DNA of 64,000 nucleotides from Selaginella moellendorffii (Eukaryota; Plantae; Lycopodiophyta). The translations under genes were made by a program, and so were the position numbers. Positions 38,781-50,200 of the stretch are shown here, in pieces (position 1 is the first letter of the stretch; each line of letters starts with the position of its first letter). The notes beneath the pieces are model-generated. The model saw only the letters and a list, made by a program, of their open reading frames with translations. It was not told the origin of the DNA and made no database searches. The stretch lies in contig NW_003314420.1 in NCBI RefSeq assembly GCF_000143415.4, positions 128,123-192,122 on the forward strand. Direction: 5' to 3'.

Positions 38781-39589
38781 TACCTTCGGTGCGCCTTCGG
38801 GTCTGTAGCGCACGTGGTTTTGACCCTTCAACACTGACATCCGCAAAGTGCAAAATGAACATCCAAGGCTTGATCACGAAGACCACATCTTCGGATATCC
38901 ACATTGCACTAACACTCTTCTTCAATCACCTTCAAGATCCAATGTGAAGCCAAAACACTAACAAGAAAAATGCTCCGAGACTAAGTTTGAGATTGAGTCC
39001 GAGATCGAGTTTGAAACCGAGTCTGAGACCATGTTCGAGACCGAGTCCAAGATCTGAGATCGGGTCCAAGACTAAATTTGAGATTGTGTCTGAGACAGAG
39101 TCTGAGGTCGAGTCTAAGATCGAGTCTGAGATTGAGTCTGAGACCGAGTCTGAGGTCGAGTTCAAGATCAAGTCCCAGATCCAGTCCGAAACTGAGTCCG
39201 AATACTAATACAGGTTGTGGGGTGAAAGCCCAAAGCGTGTGTCTCCCAAGGGGGGGGGCAGGGGGCTGCAGGGGGTTCCAAAAGTATAGTAAGGATAGTG
39301 AGGTCTAGGAATTAGTCTTGAAGAAACCCTGTGCTTGCAGAGAGTGTAGCTGAACTTTAAGTCCAGTCTAACCTAGGGACGGGGATTGGGAGAGAATTTG
39401 GGAATTTGTGGATGGATAGCTAATGCTCTATTGTTCATGCAGTAAGTTGCTGAAACTAAGTAGGACCAAGTAAGAGCTAGTACAATAGACAGGAATTAAG
39501 GCCAAGGCCATGGTGGTCGGATAGACAAAGTAAATTAGTAAATTGGAAAGGAAAAATTTGTGGGTTATAAGTGAACTAAAGACTATAAA

Positions 39590-40352
39590 GTGTGTTCAAG
39601 GTAGCCAAAGCACCAATGAGGTAGTTTGACAAGCAAAAGTTGAAGTAGGGACATGGAAAGTGGATATGGATTTCACCATGTTAGATATGGCAAGATTTGA
39701 CGTGATCTTTATGATGGATTAGTTCAATCAATTTGTGGTAGCTTTGTACGAACAATGTAAAAACCTTGTGGTATTATTGAATGCCTGAGAAGAATGATCT
39801 AAGGTGGAGGCCCAAGATCTAAAGGTAGGGTAATGTAAGGTAGGGACTCCTACTTGAATCTAGTATCCACAGGAGGACAATTCACTAAAGGAACTAAAGT
39901 AGCATTTTTGTGCTTACTCTCAATAAAGAATAACAAAAAGATGAGAACAAACAAAATACCTTTAGTGATCTAGTGGGTGTTAGACCAATTTCAAGATACC
40001 ATACCAAAAGAGTTACCAAAGGGGTCACCCCCAAACAACTAATAGAACATAAGATCGAGTTGGTCAAGGATGCTAAGGTAGTGGTTCCTCCCCCTTATTA
40101 ATTAAACAAAAAAGAACTCAAGAAGCTTAAATGCCAACTTAAGGAGTTGGTGGATAAAGGGTATGTTAGTTTGAGTAAGTCACCATATGGGCCCCAATAT
40201 TATTTGTGAAAAAGAAAAATGGCTTTATGCACATATCCATAAACTACTGATTGCTCAATAAATATACGAAGAAGAACAAATACCCTTTACCAAGGATTTA
40301 GGACATCTTTGATATTTTGGAAAGGCAAAATACTTATCAAGGATTGACCTAA
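39590..40352 (+). pseudogene. Third, more decayed gypsy protease-RT fragment
   Basis: Homologous to 21810-22575 with many C>T/G>A changes. Confidence 0.8.
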
Positions 40353-40369
40353 ACCCTAAACCCTAAACC
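40348..40369 (-). repeat. Interstitial plant telomere repeat (CCCTAAA)n, ~3 units
   Basis: CCTAAACCCTAAACCCTAAACC at the break of the RT fragment. Confidence 0.75.
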
Positions 40370-41239
40370 AACTTTTAGGTGCTTTTAGGTGGACAATCCA
40401 GAAAGGAAGTCTGTAAAATCTGTTCCATTTCCATTGCTGAAGCATCAAGTGTCACATCACCTTCAGAAAGATAATTGGCTATCTTGTTCCTTGCCCAGCC
40501 TCAGTTCATTGTAGTAATTGTATCTGCCATCTCAGCTTCCACTTTTGCACACCTGGCATCCATCTGTTTTTCTATAGCCAGCTATGTATTTTTTTTCTCT
40601 AAAGAAAAGCCTGTTCAATTCCCATGTGTCTTCAAGTTCTTCCCTAATCTTCAGTACCCCTTCTTCAATCTTAGATTTTTCTGTCTCATCAAAGCATAGT
40701 TTTCTCTAAGCAGCAGATTTCTTCTTTCCTTCTCAGCTCAAGCTGTAGCAACTACATCTTGACTAAACTGTCGTCACTTTTGTATTTTTGTTGTTTTAAG
40801 AGAGTTCGTTGATTAACACTAACTGCTGGCTTTCCATCTACTCACATAACTCATTTGTTTCCTTCATCAAACAACTTTAGCACCTCCATGTCATGGCCAG
40901 CAATCTTCACTTGGGTTGACATATTCTAGTCATCATAAACACACCCGATCTGCATTCTCTACTGCAGCTCTAAGCATGCATTGGATTCTATACCAGAGGC
41001 CTTTCTCTCCTAATACTACCAAAAGAGTTCAATTGAAGATTATCAGGAGAGTTTGTTTTGACATTGCAGAGTTCGACTGTTAATGGCAATGAAGGTGAAC
41101 CTTGAAAGCTGCTTGAAGATGGCAGAGATCACTGGCCATATCTCTGCAGTAATGATTCTCACATCAGCAAAGGAGGAGAAAAAATTTCTCAAAGCAAGAA
41201 AAAAAAAGGGAGTGTCGGTCATTAAATGTTTCTTTGATT

Positions 41240-41765
41240 ACCTGTACATATGGTAGAGCTCAAACAATGGAACTGCCAGTAGTTTGAGATTCTTTGAAAT
41301 AGCAAAGTATTGTCTTTTGGGGAGGACAACCACGCAGAACTTCTTACACTCCTGACACAAGAAATAATAAAAGAAATGAGAAGATCATACCAAAGAGTTA
41401 TGAATAATAAGGGACAAAGATTGATACCTTTGTTTTGGTGATGTGAGGAGGGCAGTAAGGATATAGCAGCGTCTCAAAATTTTGTCTCTAGCAAATTGCC
41501 ACACACTCTCCAATCTGGAAGATGGAAACTAACAAAACCAAAGTTCTTCCTTCATATCTTCATGTATTTCCATTGTACCTGCCAATCGGGCTAGATTGAA
41601 GCTGCCATTGAAGTAACCTTGCTCATGAGCTTCATCTTCAATCCTTCCACCTCTAAACAATCAAAGTTAGCAGCGTGAATGATGAAAGAAAGCTTCTTTA
41701 CTGTCTTCTCCAGTCTTGAGTCTTCCTCCGAGAAACTTGAAAAACACATTCTGCTGCTCGTGGGC
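41240..41765 (-). pseudogene. Cleavage factor Im 25 kDa (CFIm25/NUDT21) fragment with introns
   Basis: FKFLGGRLKTGED / EVEGLKMKLMSK..PDWQ / IGECVA..RQNFETLLYPYCPPHITK / ECKK..YFAISKNLKLLAVPLFELY; stops present. Confidence 0.85.
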
Positions 41766-41959
41766 AATGGCCAACCCTACAAGATCTTCGTCCCTGTCCC
41801 TCGTGATCTTCATGCCTATCCCTCGCACCACCCTTCTCACTGACGCTGGCATCGCTGCTATGTACATGTGACCAATCCCAATCTCCTAGTGGAGAATTCT
41901 CGCTGCCTTGAGATCTTCTTGCTGGTGATGCTGCTTCTGCTGCTGTGATTCCTACTTAC

Positions 41960-42560
41960 CTGTAGCATGAAGTCGACTCTACCATTAGGACTTTCAGACA
42001 GCCTTTCTGTCACTATACTATCATGAAAAGCTGTGACACAAAACCATAACCCCAACAGAAGAAGTTCCTTTAGCTCTGATAGCAAAACTTAAAAAGCACA
42101 ATGATACCTGTATCCCAAAATATTCACTAACTTTCTCCAAAAATAATAGATATCAGAGGTTCCACTCTGTAATCACAAAGAAAGGATAAATGTAAACGGT
42201 GCTAACACAGAAGGGTATTGATAGCTGTAAGCAACATGATCATATGGGTAAAATATGTTCATCATTTGCCTGCATAGTGGCATTTCTTCTTCAATGCCTT
42301 CATCTTCCCAGTACTCGACCTGTTCCTACACAAACAAGTCAACATACGTTGCAAAGACCATAAATCACACATGTACCCATTCCAGGGCATACATTCCGAA
42401 GACTGAGAATCAATGGCGATACAATTGCAAAAATTGTGTCCACCTGCGAGATACAAACTTATCAACACTGAAGAACTAAGCCACCATGTGTACCTGAAAC
42501 AAAAGATTTGTGTACCAAATTGAGGAGTATGATATTTTCAAGGAGCTCACTCTCCTTGTT
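41960..42560 (-). pseudogene. SGR2-like DDHD phospholipase fragment
   Basis: VDTIFAIVSPL..LRNV, EYWEDEGIEEEMPLCRQMMNIFYPYDHVAY, ERLSESPNGRVDFMLQ. Confidence 0.75.
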
Positions 42561-43392
42561 TCATTACCAATGCTGTATAGTGACATGAGAGAGAGTCAAA
42601 CATGAAACTGCAGATTGTGCCATTCGTGACACACACACCTTGCCTGGGACAGGCCAATGTCAGAAAGTCTGAAGAACACAAGCTCCAGATCCATGATGAC
42701 TTCCCCACTGGCAATAGCTCCTGTTCGCCACATTGTGTGTGCCATACAGTCTTGTCAAAGTAAGGATATTTATACTCACTCAGTGTTCATGTCATTGTTT
42801 GACATGACTTTGGAAGATCAAGAGACTGCGATTGCTCTTTCATAGATTATTGCAAACCAAAGGTGCAATAAAACCTTTGTCGTTGTTTTGTCTCTAAACA
42901 TTTTTGCTATGTGAAGGCCGGATCCTCACCCCTGTATTTCCCATCTGGCCAGATTCCAAAGCCTCTGCCATCCACAAACGTTCTCCAGGAGCTGGCTGTG
43001 AGGTGGAAGAAACAAAGCATCTGCAAACTCCACGGCATCCTCCACAATCTCCTTGATCTTCTTTTCAATGGCTTTCAACTCCACCTCACTGGCCAGTCTT
43101 TCTTCCAGCAAGTACTTCTTGAAAGAAGAAAGAAGGGATGGGGTTGCGAGGAGCATACTTGCTCTTTTGCTCTGGACAGAAAGAAAAAACAAAGTTTAGC
43201 TTCCAAAGAACCAGAAGAGAGAGAAGAACAAAGCGAGGCACTTACCAGGCTTCCAGAGCTCATCCAGATCAGTAAGACAATGACCGATAAGCCTCACACT
43301 CCACTAATGTTGGGCCGTCACACTCCAAGCTCTCGCAATGGCTTCCTTGGCCACGTGGCCAACTTTGAGCACGTCCATTCCATCAATGTGAA

Positions 43393-44243
43393 TGTTGAAA
43401 AACTAAGGAAGAAGAGAAAAACTCTATTGCTCAGATATCATCATCGCTATAGAGAGTTGTGACTCTCCAGGTCCACCACGTGTCTCAGCCGTACGGTGAT
43501 CTCGGATGTACTACATCCTCACACCCCCACTCAGCCGAGATCAGCGTGCAAAGGCTGGATCAGAAAAAAGAAACTAATGCTAAACCACTGTGAACCTATC
43601 TCACTCCCCCCACTCAGCCGAGAAAAGCTGAGCTCATGAAATCAGCATCTTGTGGTGTTGAACAACAGTAGCAGCACATTCCAAGGTACCCAAGCTTGCA
43701 CACAGCCTAGCTTGTATCAGGACCCATCAGGCGCCAACATCTTGTTCCATGTCCCCCACTCAAATGTGATCTCTCCATCAGCCTCAAGGTCCTTGCGCAC
43801 AGCAATTCCCGAGAGAAGCCTCTTGGCAGCATCAGCAAGTCTCCAGCCCAAGGAAGCCTTCCCTTGTAGCAGCAGCAGCATCGGATTGTCTCCAGCAGTA
43901 GCAAGCAGTGCTGCAACCCTTCCAATTCAAATCCAGGCCAGTCTCGATCAAGAACTGCCTCCAGATTAGGGTTGCTGCACAAGACAAAATAAACAAGAAA
44001 TCCTCCATCTTGATATTTGCAATTCACAGCCGCTCCAGATCAGGGGGCTCATTGTCTTCCTCCTCCATTCAGCCCAGAATTTAATCCCTGAGCTCCGATA
44101 CCATGTTGAAAACTAAGTAAGAAGAGAAAAACTCTATCGCTCAGATATCATCATCGCTATACATACACAGGTAAGAGTTGTGACTCTCCAGATCCACCAC
44201 GTGTCTCAGCCGTATGGTGAGTTGGATGTACTACATCCTCACA
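43393..44243 (-). mobile_element. Second TRIM family, 851 bp, inserted in a PDH exon
   Basis: LTRs 43393-43523 and 44104-44243 (TGTTGA...CTCACA on +); reversed PBS GCTCCGATACCA 44092-44103; reversed PPT CCCCCAC; TSD GTGAA (43388-43392, 44244-44248). Confidence 0.92.
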
Positions 44244-44365
44244 GTGAACTCCATGCATACAAAAGCCTCTCTTTTCTTCCACATATCCGACACTGACATA
44301 GCTCAAAAGTGGTCCATGCCAATCGCCTAGAGGTTGTTCTCCACCATGTGGACAATCGAGGTAGA

Positions 44366-45122
44366 CAGATACCAGAGGTGAAAACCATTCATTGCAAACA
44401 TCAATCTCTCCATAATAGTGGAGCACTTGACATAATTTTCTTCCATTTTCATCTCCGTGACAATCCCACCATTTGCTGATGGCAGCAAGAGGGATTGAGG
44501 AGAGTTTTTTACAGCAAGGATGTCCTCCTCCTGTCTTGCATAGGCTGAAAGAATGCTGCAAAGTTTTAGTTATAACACAAAAATGAAAAAATATAAAGCC
44601 ATTTCACCAATTTCCTCAACTTTTTGCCCTTGCGACTTGACTACCAGTCTGGATCTTGTTCCTGCAAGTGAAAGTGAAACTCCCCGTGTCAAAAGCATCA
44701 ACTGGAGATAGAGAGCACTGAAGTGAGATGGATCTCAAAGCTCCTCTGCATTACATTAACCTGAGACAGAGTCAGGGGAAGTTTTTTGAGTGGCCACCCA
44801 CAACAAACAGTTATTAAAGAGCGAAAAGCTACATACCTGGACATCGTTCACATAGTGGTTCCCTCCAATCATGAACATCTTATCGTGTACAACCGCTGTT
44901 TCACACACAAAAAAAGACAGTGAAATGCTGATCTTCATCCAGATACCAGAGGTGAAAACCATTCGTTGCAAACATCAATCTCTCCATAATAGTGGAGCAC
45001 TTGACATCATTTTCTTCCATGTTCATCTCCGTGGCAAGCCCACCATTTGCTGATGGCAGCAAGGGGGATGGAGGAGAGTTGTTTACAGCAGGGATGTACT
45101 CCTCCTGAGGTTGTTCTTCACC
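44366..45122 (-). pseudogene. Kelch-repeat (ACBP4/5-like) fragment inserted inside the PDH pseudogene
   Basis: TAVVHDKMFMIGGNHYVNDVQV resembles the first ACBP4 kelch repeat; ~165-bp imperfect direct repeats at ~44366 and ~44940. Confidence 0.6.
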
Positions 45123-47281
45123 AGGCTTCCACAGCACCGCCATGACCAAGCACTTCAAGAACTGCCCATTGTTGCAAGTCCCATCCCTGAAAACGCCAGT
45201 GTCACTGCGTTCACACTGAGATCCTTGAGAACTTCCCACAAGAACTTGGTCGAGAAGGCTGCTCCAGTCATCACGGGGATCCCATTATTGATCAAAGGAA
45301 ATCCTCCCAGCAGCGGAGAACATATGCATGGATCCACCTTGGCCGCGCCCAGCCAGTGGATTTGCCGAACAGCTCGCTCATTACTTGCCTAGCAGGGACG
45401 CCTTTGCTCAGCACGTGGACGTGATTGTGGTAAGTGCTGCAAATGTAGTCCTCCTTGAGCGTCTTGACAAATGCCATGGACACGGCCTCCTGTCCATTGC
45501 TGGACAAATACAAACATCTTGCTCCTAAAATACATCTGCCCAGGGATCATGTCCTCGTAGAGCCTCCTCCCTTGTCACGAGCTGGAGAGATTCCTTGGCA
45601 GGGGCCACTGTGGGGGGCGGCAGCAGCACAGCTGATCCATGGAAATCCTTGGCCCTCCTGCCCGCAAACGTGCTGCTCCTGGCTACCACACTGGAATCGC
45701 ATATAAGAATGTCTGCCAAACCATCCATAGCAGCATATCAGACGTGCTACCTTTCTCCTTTCAAAGCTGATGGTCTTTGCAATGTATTGAAAATACCTGT
45801 AGTTACAAAAAAGAACTTTGAAAACTTTTATTACTTTCTAGCTCAAGTATATATAAATTTATTTCTGCCATTCCTGGAGAAAAAATTGTGTGTGTGTGTA
45901 TGCTCAAGACAACCTTACAGGTGAATAGTAGATTTAGACATTGATAGTTTTCTCAATTTCTTATTACAAAATGTTATTTTTAGGTTGGCCACAAAGTACC
46001 CTTTACTATATATAAGTCCTACATACATACACAACCAAAGTTGCACAACTAACGAACCAATAATGGAAACTTATTCTTTCCAATATATGACTACTCTTTG
46101 CTGTAATCTAATGGTTCACATTCACCATATAACTTGTTTTTAAAGAATGAATCCAATATTGTGTTTATAACTAATGTTTCATCTTTGATCCATAACAGTT
46201 TATTGCTATGAAGAATTTCTTAGATCCAACATATATTCTCTCTAATGCCATTCAGTGTCCTCACAAATTTTTTCATGAATGTAATAAAAATTGTAGCTTA
46301 AATAATCTATTATGCTTTGGTGTACTATTTCCCCCAGTGGTGCTGGGATCCCAGGTAGTACTCTATATTTAAAGTTGTTATTTTGGCATTGGTGTCACAT
46401 ATTCTATTTTTAGAATATCCATTTTACTTATGGTGGATGCTCCCAATCGGACGAACTAGATCTATGACACTCCAAAAGAATGGTTAGAACCTTAAACCTT
46501 TACCTCTACACTAAGATACTAGAAGTAAATCAAGGTAAGTTTTTTAAGATTGGAACCACTGCTTTCTTACTATTTTTCTTTTTGACATATAGAATACAGG
46601 GACGTCAAGTGAGCCACATAAGATAGTCAAAGGTAATTACTTCTTGTTTGACACTGATAAAGCATTATGTGATCACGCAGGTCCTTTACGATATATAATT
46701 GTCATGGCGGCATGGAATAGAGGGTGGAAACAAGCATTAATCATGAACAAATTTAAATTGGAACTGAGTGTGACAGCAAGTGTGAGAGATTTAATGTATA
46801 GAATAGATTTAATAAATATATTTTTTTACACATAAATATGTAAATTAATAAATAATTTTAAATATTAAAATTATAATATTATTTGTTCATTGAGCTCAAA
46901 GTTTTTTTCTTCTTCATTGTTTGAAGTGTCTTGGCTATGCCTCTCAAGGTCATTCAGTTTCTCTCTTACAACTTGGCACTTTCATCATTTTGGAACAGAC
47001 CAAGCTTCTATTGGATGGACTCCACCATTGGAAAGGCTTCCAAGACCCTTGACCTCTTTAGCAAGTAGGACAATCCCAATGTGTAGCTCCAGATTCATCA
47101 ATGCCATCATGGACAGTAAACACATTGCATCAGCATTGGACGAGACAGGGAGCAGGCCAAGTCTCATTAGGTAGTAGAGATTTTTCCTCTTTCTTGCTTT
47201 GTTTCTAAGCTTGCATCATTAGAAAGAGTTTGTTGGAGGATTTGAGTGATGGAGCTTAGAAGCTCATTGCTGGAAATATAG

Positions 47282-50200
47282 TGTGAGACACAAAATCCCT
47301 AGGCCCCAAAGTGGAGCCGGAAAGGGTGCCACGTGGTAGTGGCTGAAGCGAGAGCCAAACGAGTGTAACACGTTTGGACCAAAAGCTCTGACTTGAAAAG
47401 TCAAGAGCGGGAGTGGAACTCCCAAAGAAGAGCTCGAGGAACGAGCACGAAGCGAGCAAAAAGCGAGGCTCCAAAAAGGGACCCAAAAGGACCAACACAT
47501 GACACGTGGGAGTGTCCGAGATGGACTCGAGTTGGAGTCCGAAGTGGAGTCCGAGGTGGACCCGAGATGGACCCGAGATGGAGTCCGAAGTGGAGTCCGA
47601 GGTGGACCCGAGATGGACCCGAGTTGGAGTCCAAAGTGGAGTCCGAGATGGACCCGAGATGGAGTCCGAGATGGAGTCCGAGCTGGAGTCCGAGGTGGAC
47701 CCGAGATGGACCCGAAATGGAGTCCGAGATGGAGTCCGAGATGGACCCGAGATGGAGTCCGAGATGGAGTCCGACATGGAGTCCGAGATGGAGTCCGAGA
47801 TGGACCCGAGATGGAGTCCGAGATGGAGTCTGAGATGGAGTCCGAGGTGGACCCGAGATAGACCCGAAATGGAGTCCGAGATGGAGTCCGAGATGGACCC
47901 GAGATGGAGTCCGAGATGGAGTCCGAGATGGACCCGAGATGGACCCGAGATGGAGTCCGAGATGGAGTCCGAGATGGAGTCCGAGATGGAGTCCGAGATG
48001 GAGTCCGAAGTCGAGACCGAGACTGGAACCGAGACCGGGACCGAGACCGAGACCGAGACCGAGATCGGGACCGAGACCGAGGCCGAGGCCAAGACCGAGC
48101 CCGAGCCCGAGTCCGAGTCCGAATCCGAGTCCGAGTCCGAGTCCGAGTCCGAGTCCGAGTCCGAAGCCTGAGAGGGTGAAAGCCCAAAGCGTTCGTCTCC
48201 CAGACCCTGGGGGGTTTGGTGAGCTCCAAAAGTATAGTAAGGGGGAGGACTGCAGTGGAGCCAGTTTGGCCAGGAAAGGCCAGTTTGGCCCAGGAAGGCC
48301 AGACCCAGTGTTGGGTGATGAGCTGCCCACTGGGAAGTCCAAGACTAGAGTGAACACGGACCGACAAGCGGGGTAGCTTGGTGAAGTGTTCAAGAGCCGG
48401 CTCTAGTTCCCCCGGGAGATCGACTGGCCGATGCTCCCAGTCCAAGTGTGGGTGGCACTACCTACTTGGATACCTGGTGTGGCTCAACGGAACCCGCTCT
48501 AAGCCCATGGCTAGAGCACCCAAGGGCAGAAGGCGAGGAGAGTACCCAGGTGGCTCGCGTAAGGCCACGGTGTTCCGAAATGTTGTCCCAAAGGCCCAGA
48601 CTGTGGAAAGGAAGAGGAGCAGTCCTCTGGGGTAGTGACCAAGGACACAGTCACACAGTGAGGAAGTCCTAGAGGATAGTGGGACTTAGTGGTCGGGCCT
48701 GTGGGCCTCGACCCAGTGGCAGTGTTGGTAAACACGGCCAGGGGCAGAAAGGGACTTGGTAGGAACTGACAAAGGGACTTTGGGGAAGGCGATTCCCCAG
48801 GTCTGTGGGCATCCTAAGGATGCTAAGGAGTGGATCTAGGATGACCACTCGTGAACAGATGGCCCAGTCTTGGAGAGATAGGATGGTGATGCAAGTGGTA
48901 TTGGACCACTAGTCCAGCAAAGGTGAATGGGCATGGCCTTAGCGTAACGGGCCGAGATGTCAGTGGTACCTTTGGGTGTCGGTCTTCGGACCGGACACGT
49001 GGAGCACTTGGACCAGGTGCAAGTGTTGAGTGGCATGGATGCCATTCTTGGGGCTAGCAAGTCCCAAGTCCTGAATTGGACTAATGGAGGTTGTGAATGA
49101 GACTCCTCCAAATGGTCGGAGGTGTGGTTAAGTGACTAAAGTAGAATGGAAAAATTAGTCGCTTACAACTTGGTATTGGAGCTGTTCCTTAGTCCGACTT
49201 TTATTGGTGCTCAAGTATATCACCACTAGTGTTGGCATCGGAAGGTCCGAGGAGTGGGCCTATCCTTGAGGAGTAGCAAGTCGGGAAGACATGGCTCTCC
49301 ATTACAGTTCATGTGTGAACTTGTAGACGAGGTGGTGGATAGAAAAGGGCCAATAATGGAACGACTTTGGGATCTTGGGAACAGTATATGGTTTTCCTCA
49401 AAGAGTTGAGGATGTGATCCAGATGAGCGTTTCACTTAGCAAACTGACTAATGTAGTTGCGGTAAACAACTACAGTTGGGATCACGGGAAAGATAAAGAC
49501 TCCAAAGCAATAAAGGAGTCACAAGATTTTCCTCATATAGTTGAGGTTGGTGCTCATGAATGTGAGACCAGAAGTAATGACCGTGGGAGGTCAAATACGG
49601 AAGAGGACTCAAGTCCTTGAAAAGGTAGCCGGGGCTACCTCTAATAAATGCTGGAACAACCCCAGGAGTTGGGGGTGTATTAAGTGGATGAGTTGGTGTT
49701 CTCATCACATGAACAAGTAGTCCTAAGGGGCAAAGGTTGCCCCCAGAGAACAAAATCAAGTGTCGGAGTAACACTTGTGAAAATAGTCCTTTTGAGTAGG
49801 ACAGGAATGCAAGAAGAAGTGTATTCCAGTGAGCTAGTGCCTCACAAGTAGGACCTTAAGGGTCTATGGATTAACCAAGTCCAAAACTGCTTGATGACTC
49901 AAGTAGAGTCAAGGAATGGTCCTAAAATGACTGATGGAAGCATTTGGACTGAGGTGTGTTGTACCCCACAAAGGATGGGGGGGATCATAGGATCCAAGGA
50001 TGAGAACAGAGGGTATCTCATCGATGGCAAAATGTGCAATGCTAAAGTTATGGGAAAGGTGTTCTCAGAAGAAAACAACTTTGATACAAAGTTGCGTGTG
50101 ACCGCTATGGTGCAGTGCTAACGGATGGTTGGCATGAGAAAGAGCGGTGTTGGTCTTGGCAAAGACATAAACACGAAGGGGAAGTGTCATAGAGGTAGGC

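Larger units (their letters stand above)
42915..45728 (-). pseudogene. Plastid pyruvate dehydrogenase E1 alpha pseudogene, interrupted twice
   Basis: NGQEAVS..STYHNHVHVLSKGVPARQVMSELFGK, GIPVMTGAAFS, DGTCNNGQF, VENNL*AIGM, GVHIDGMDVLKV, KKYLLEERLASEVELKAIEKKIKEIVEDAVEFADA, GFGIWPDGKYR; frameshifts and stops. Confidence 0.9.

Noticed and set aside
45900-46500. Helitron terminus for the gene mosaic
   Set aside because: No convincing hairpin plus CTRR end in the right orientation.
46985-47281. Cys/Trp-containing frame across the LARD insertion site, vaguely like a GRF zinc finger
   Set aside because: Multiple stops and weak similarity; cannot support a gene call.
47256-48445. Long ORFs in all six frames (WSPR, MESE, RDGV, GLGL repeats), also at 25.5-26.6, 28.9-30.0, 53.2-54.4 and 58.1-58.8 kb
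   Set aside because: By-product of a stop-free tandem array inside LTRs; the 11-mer units shift frames freely.
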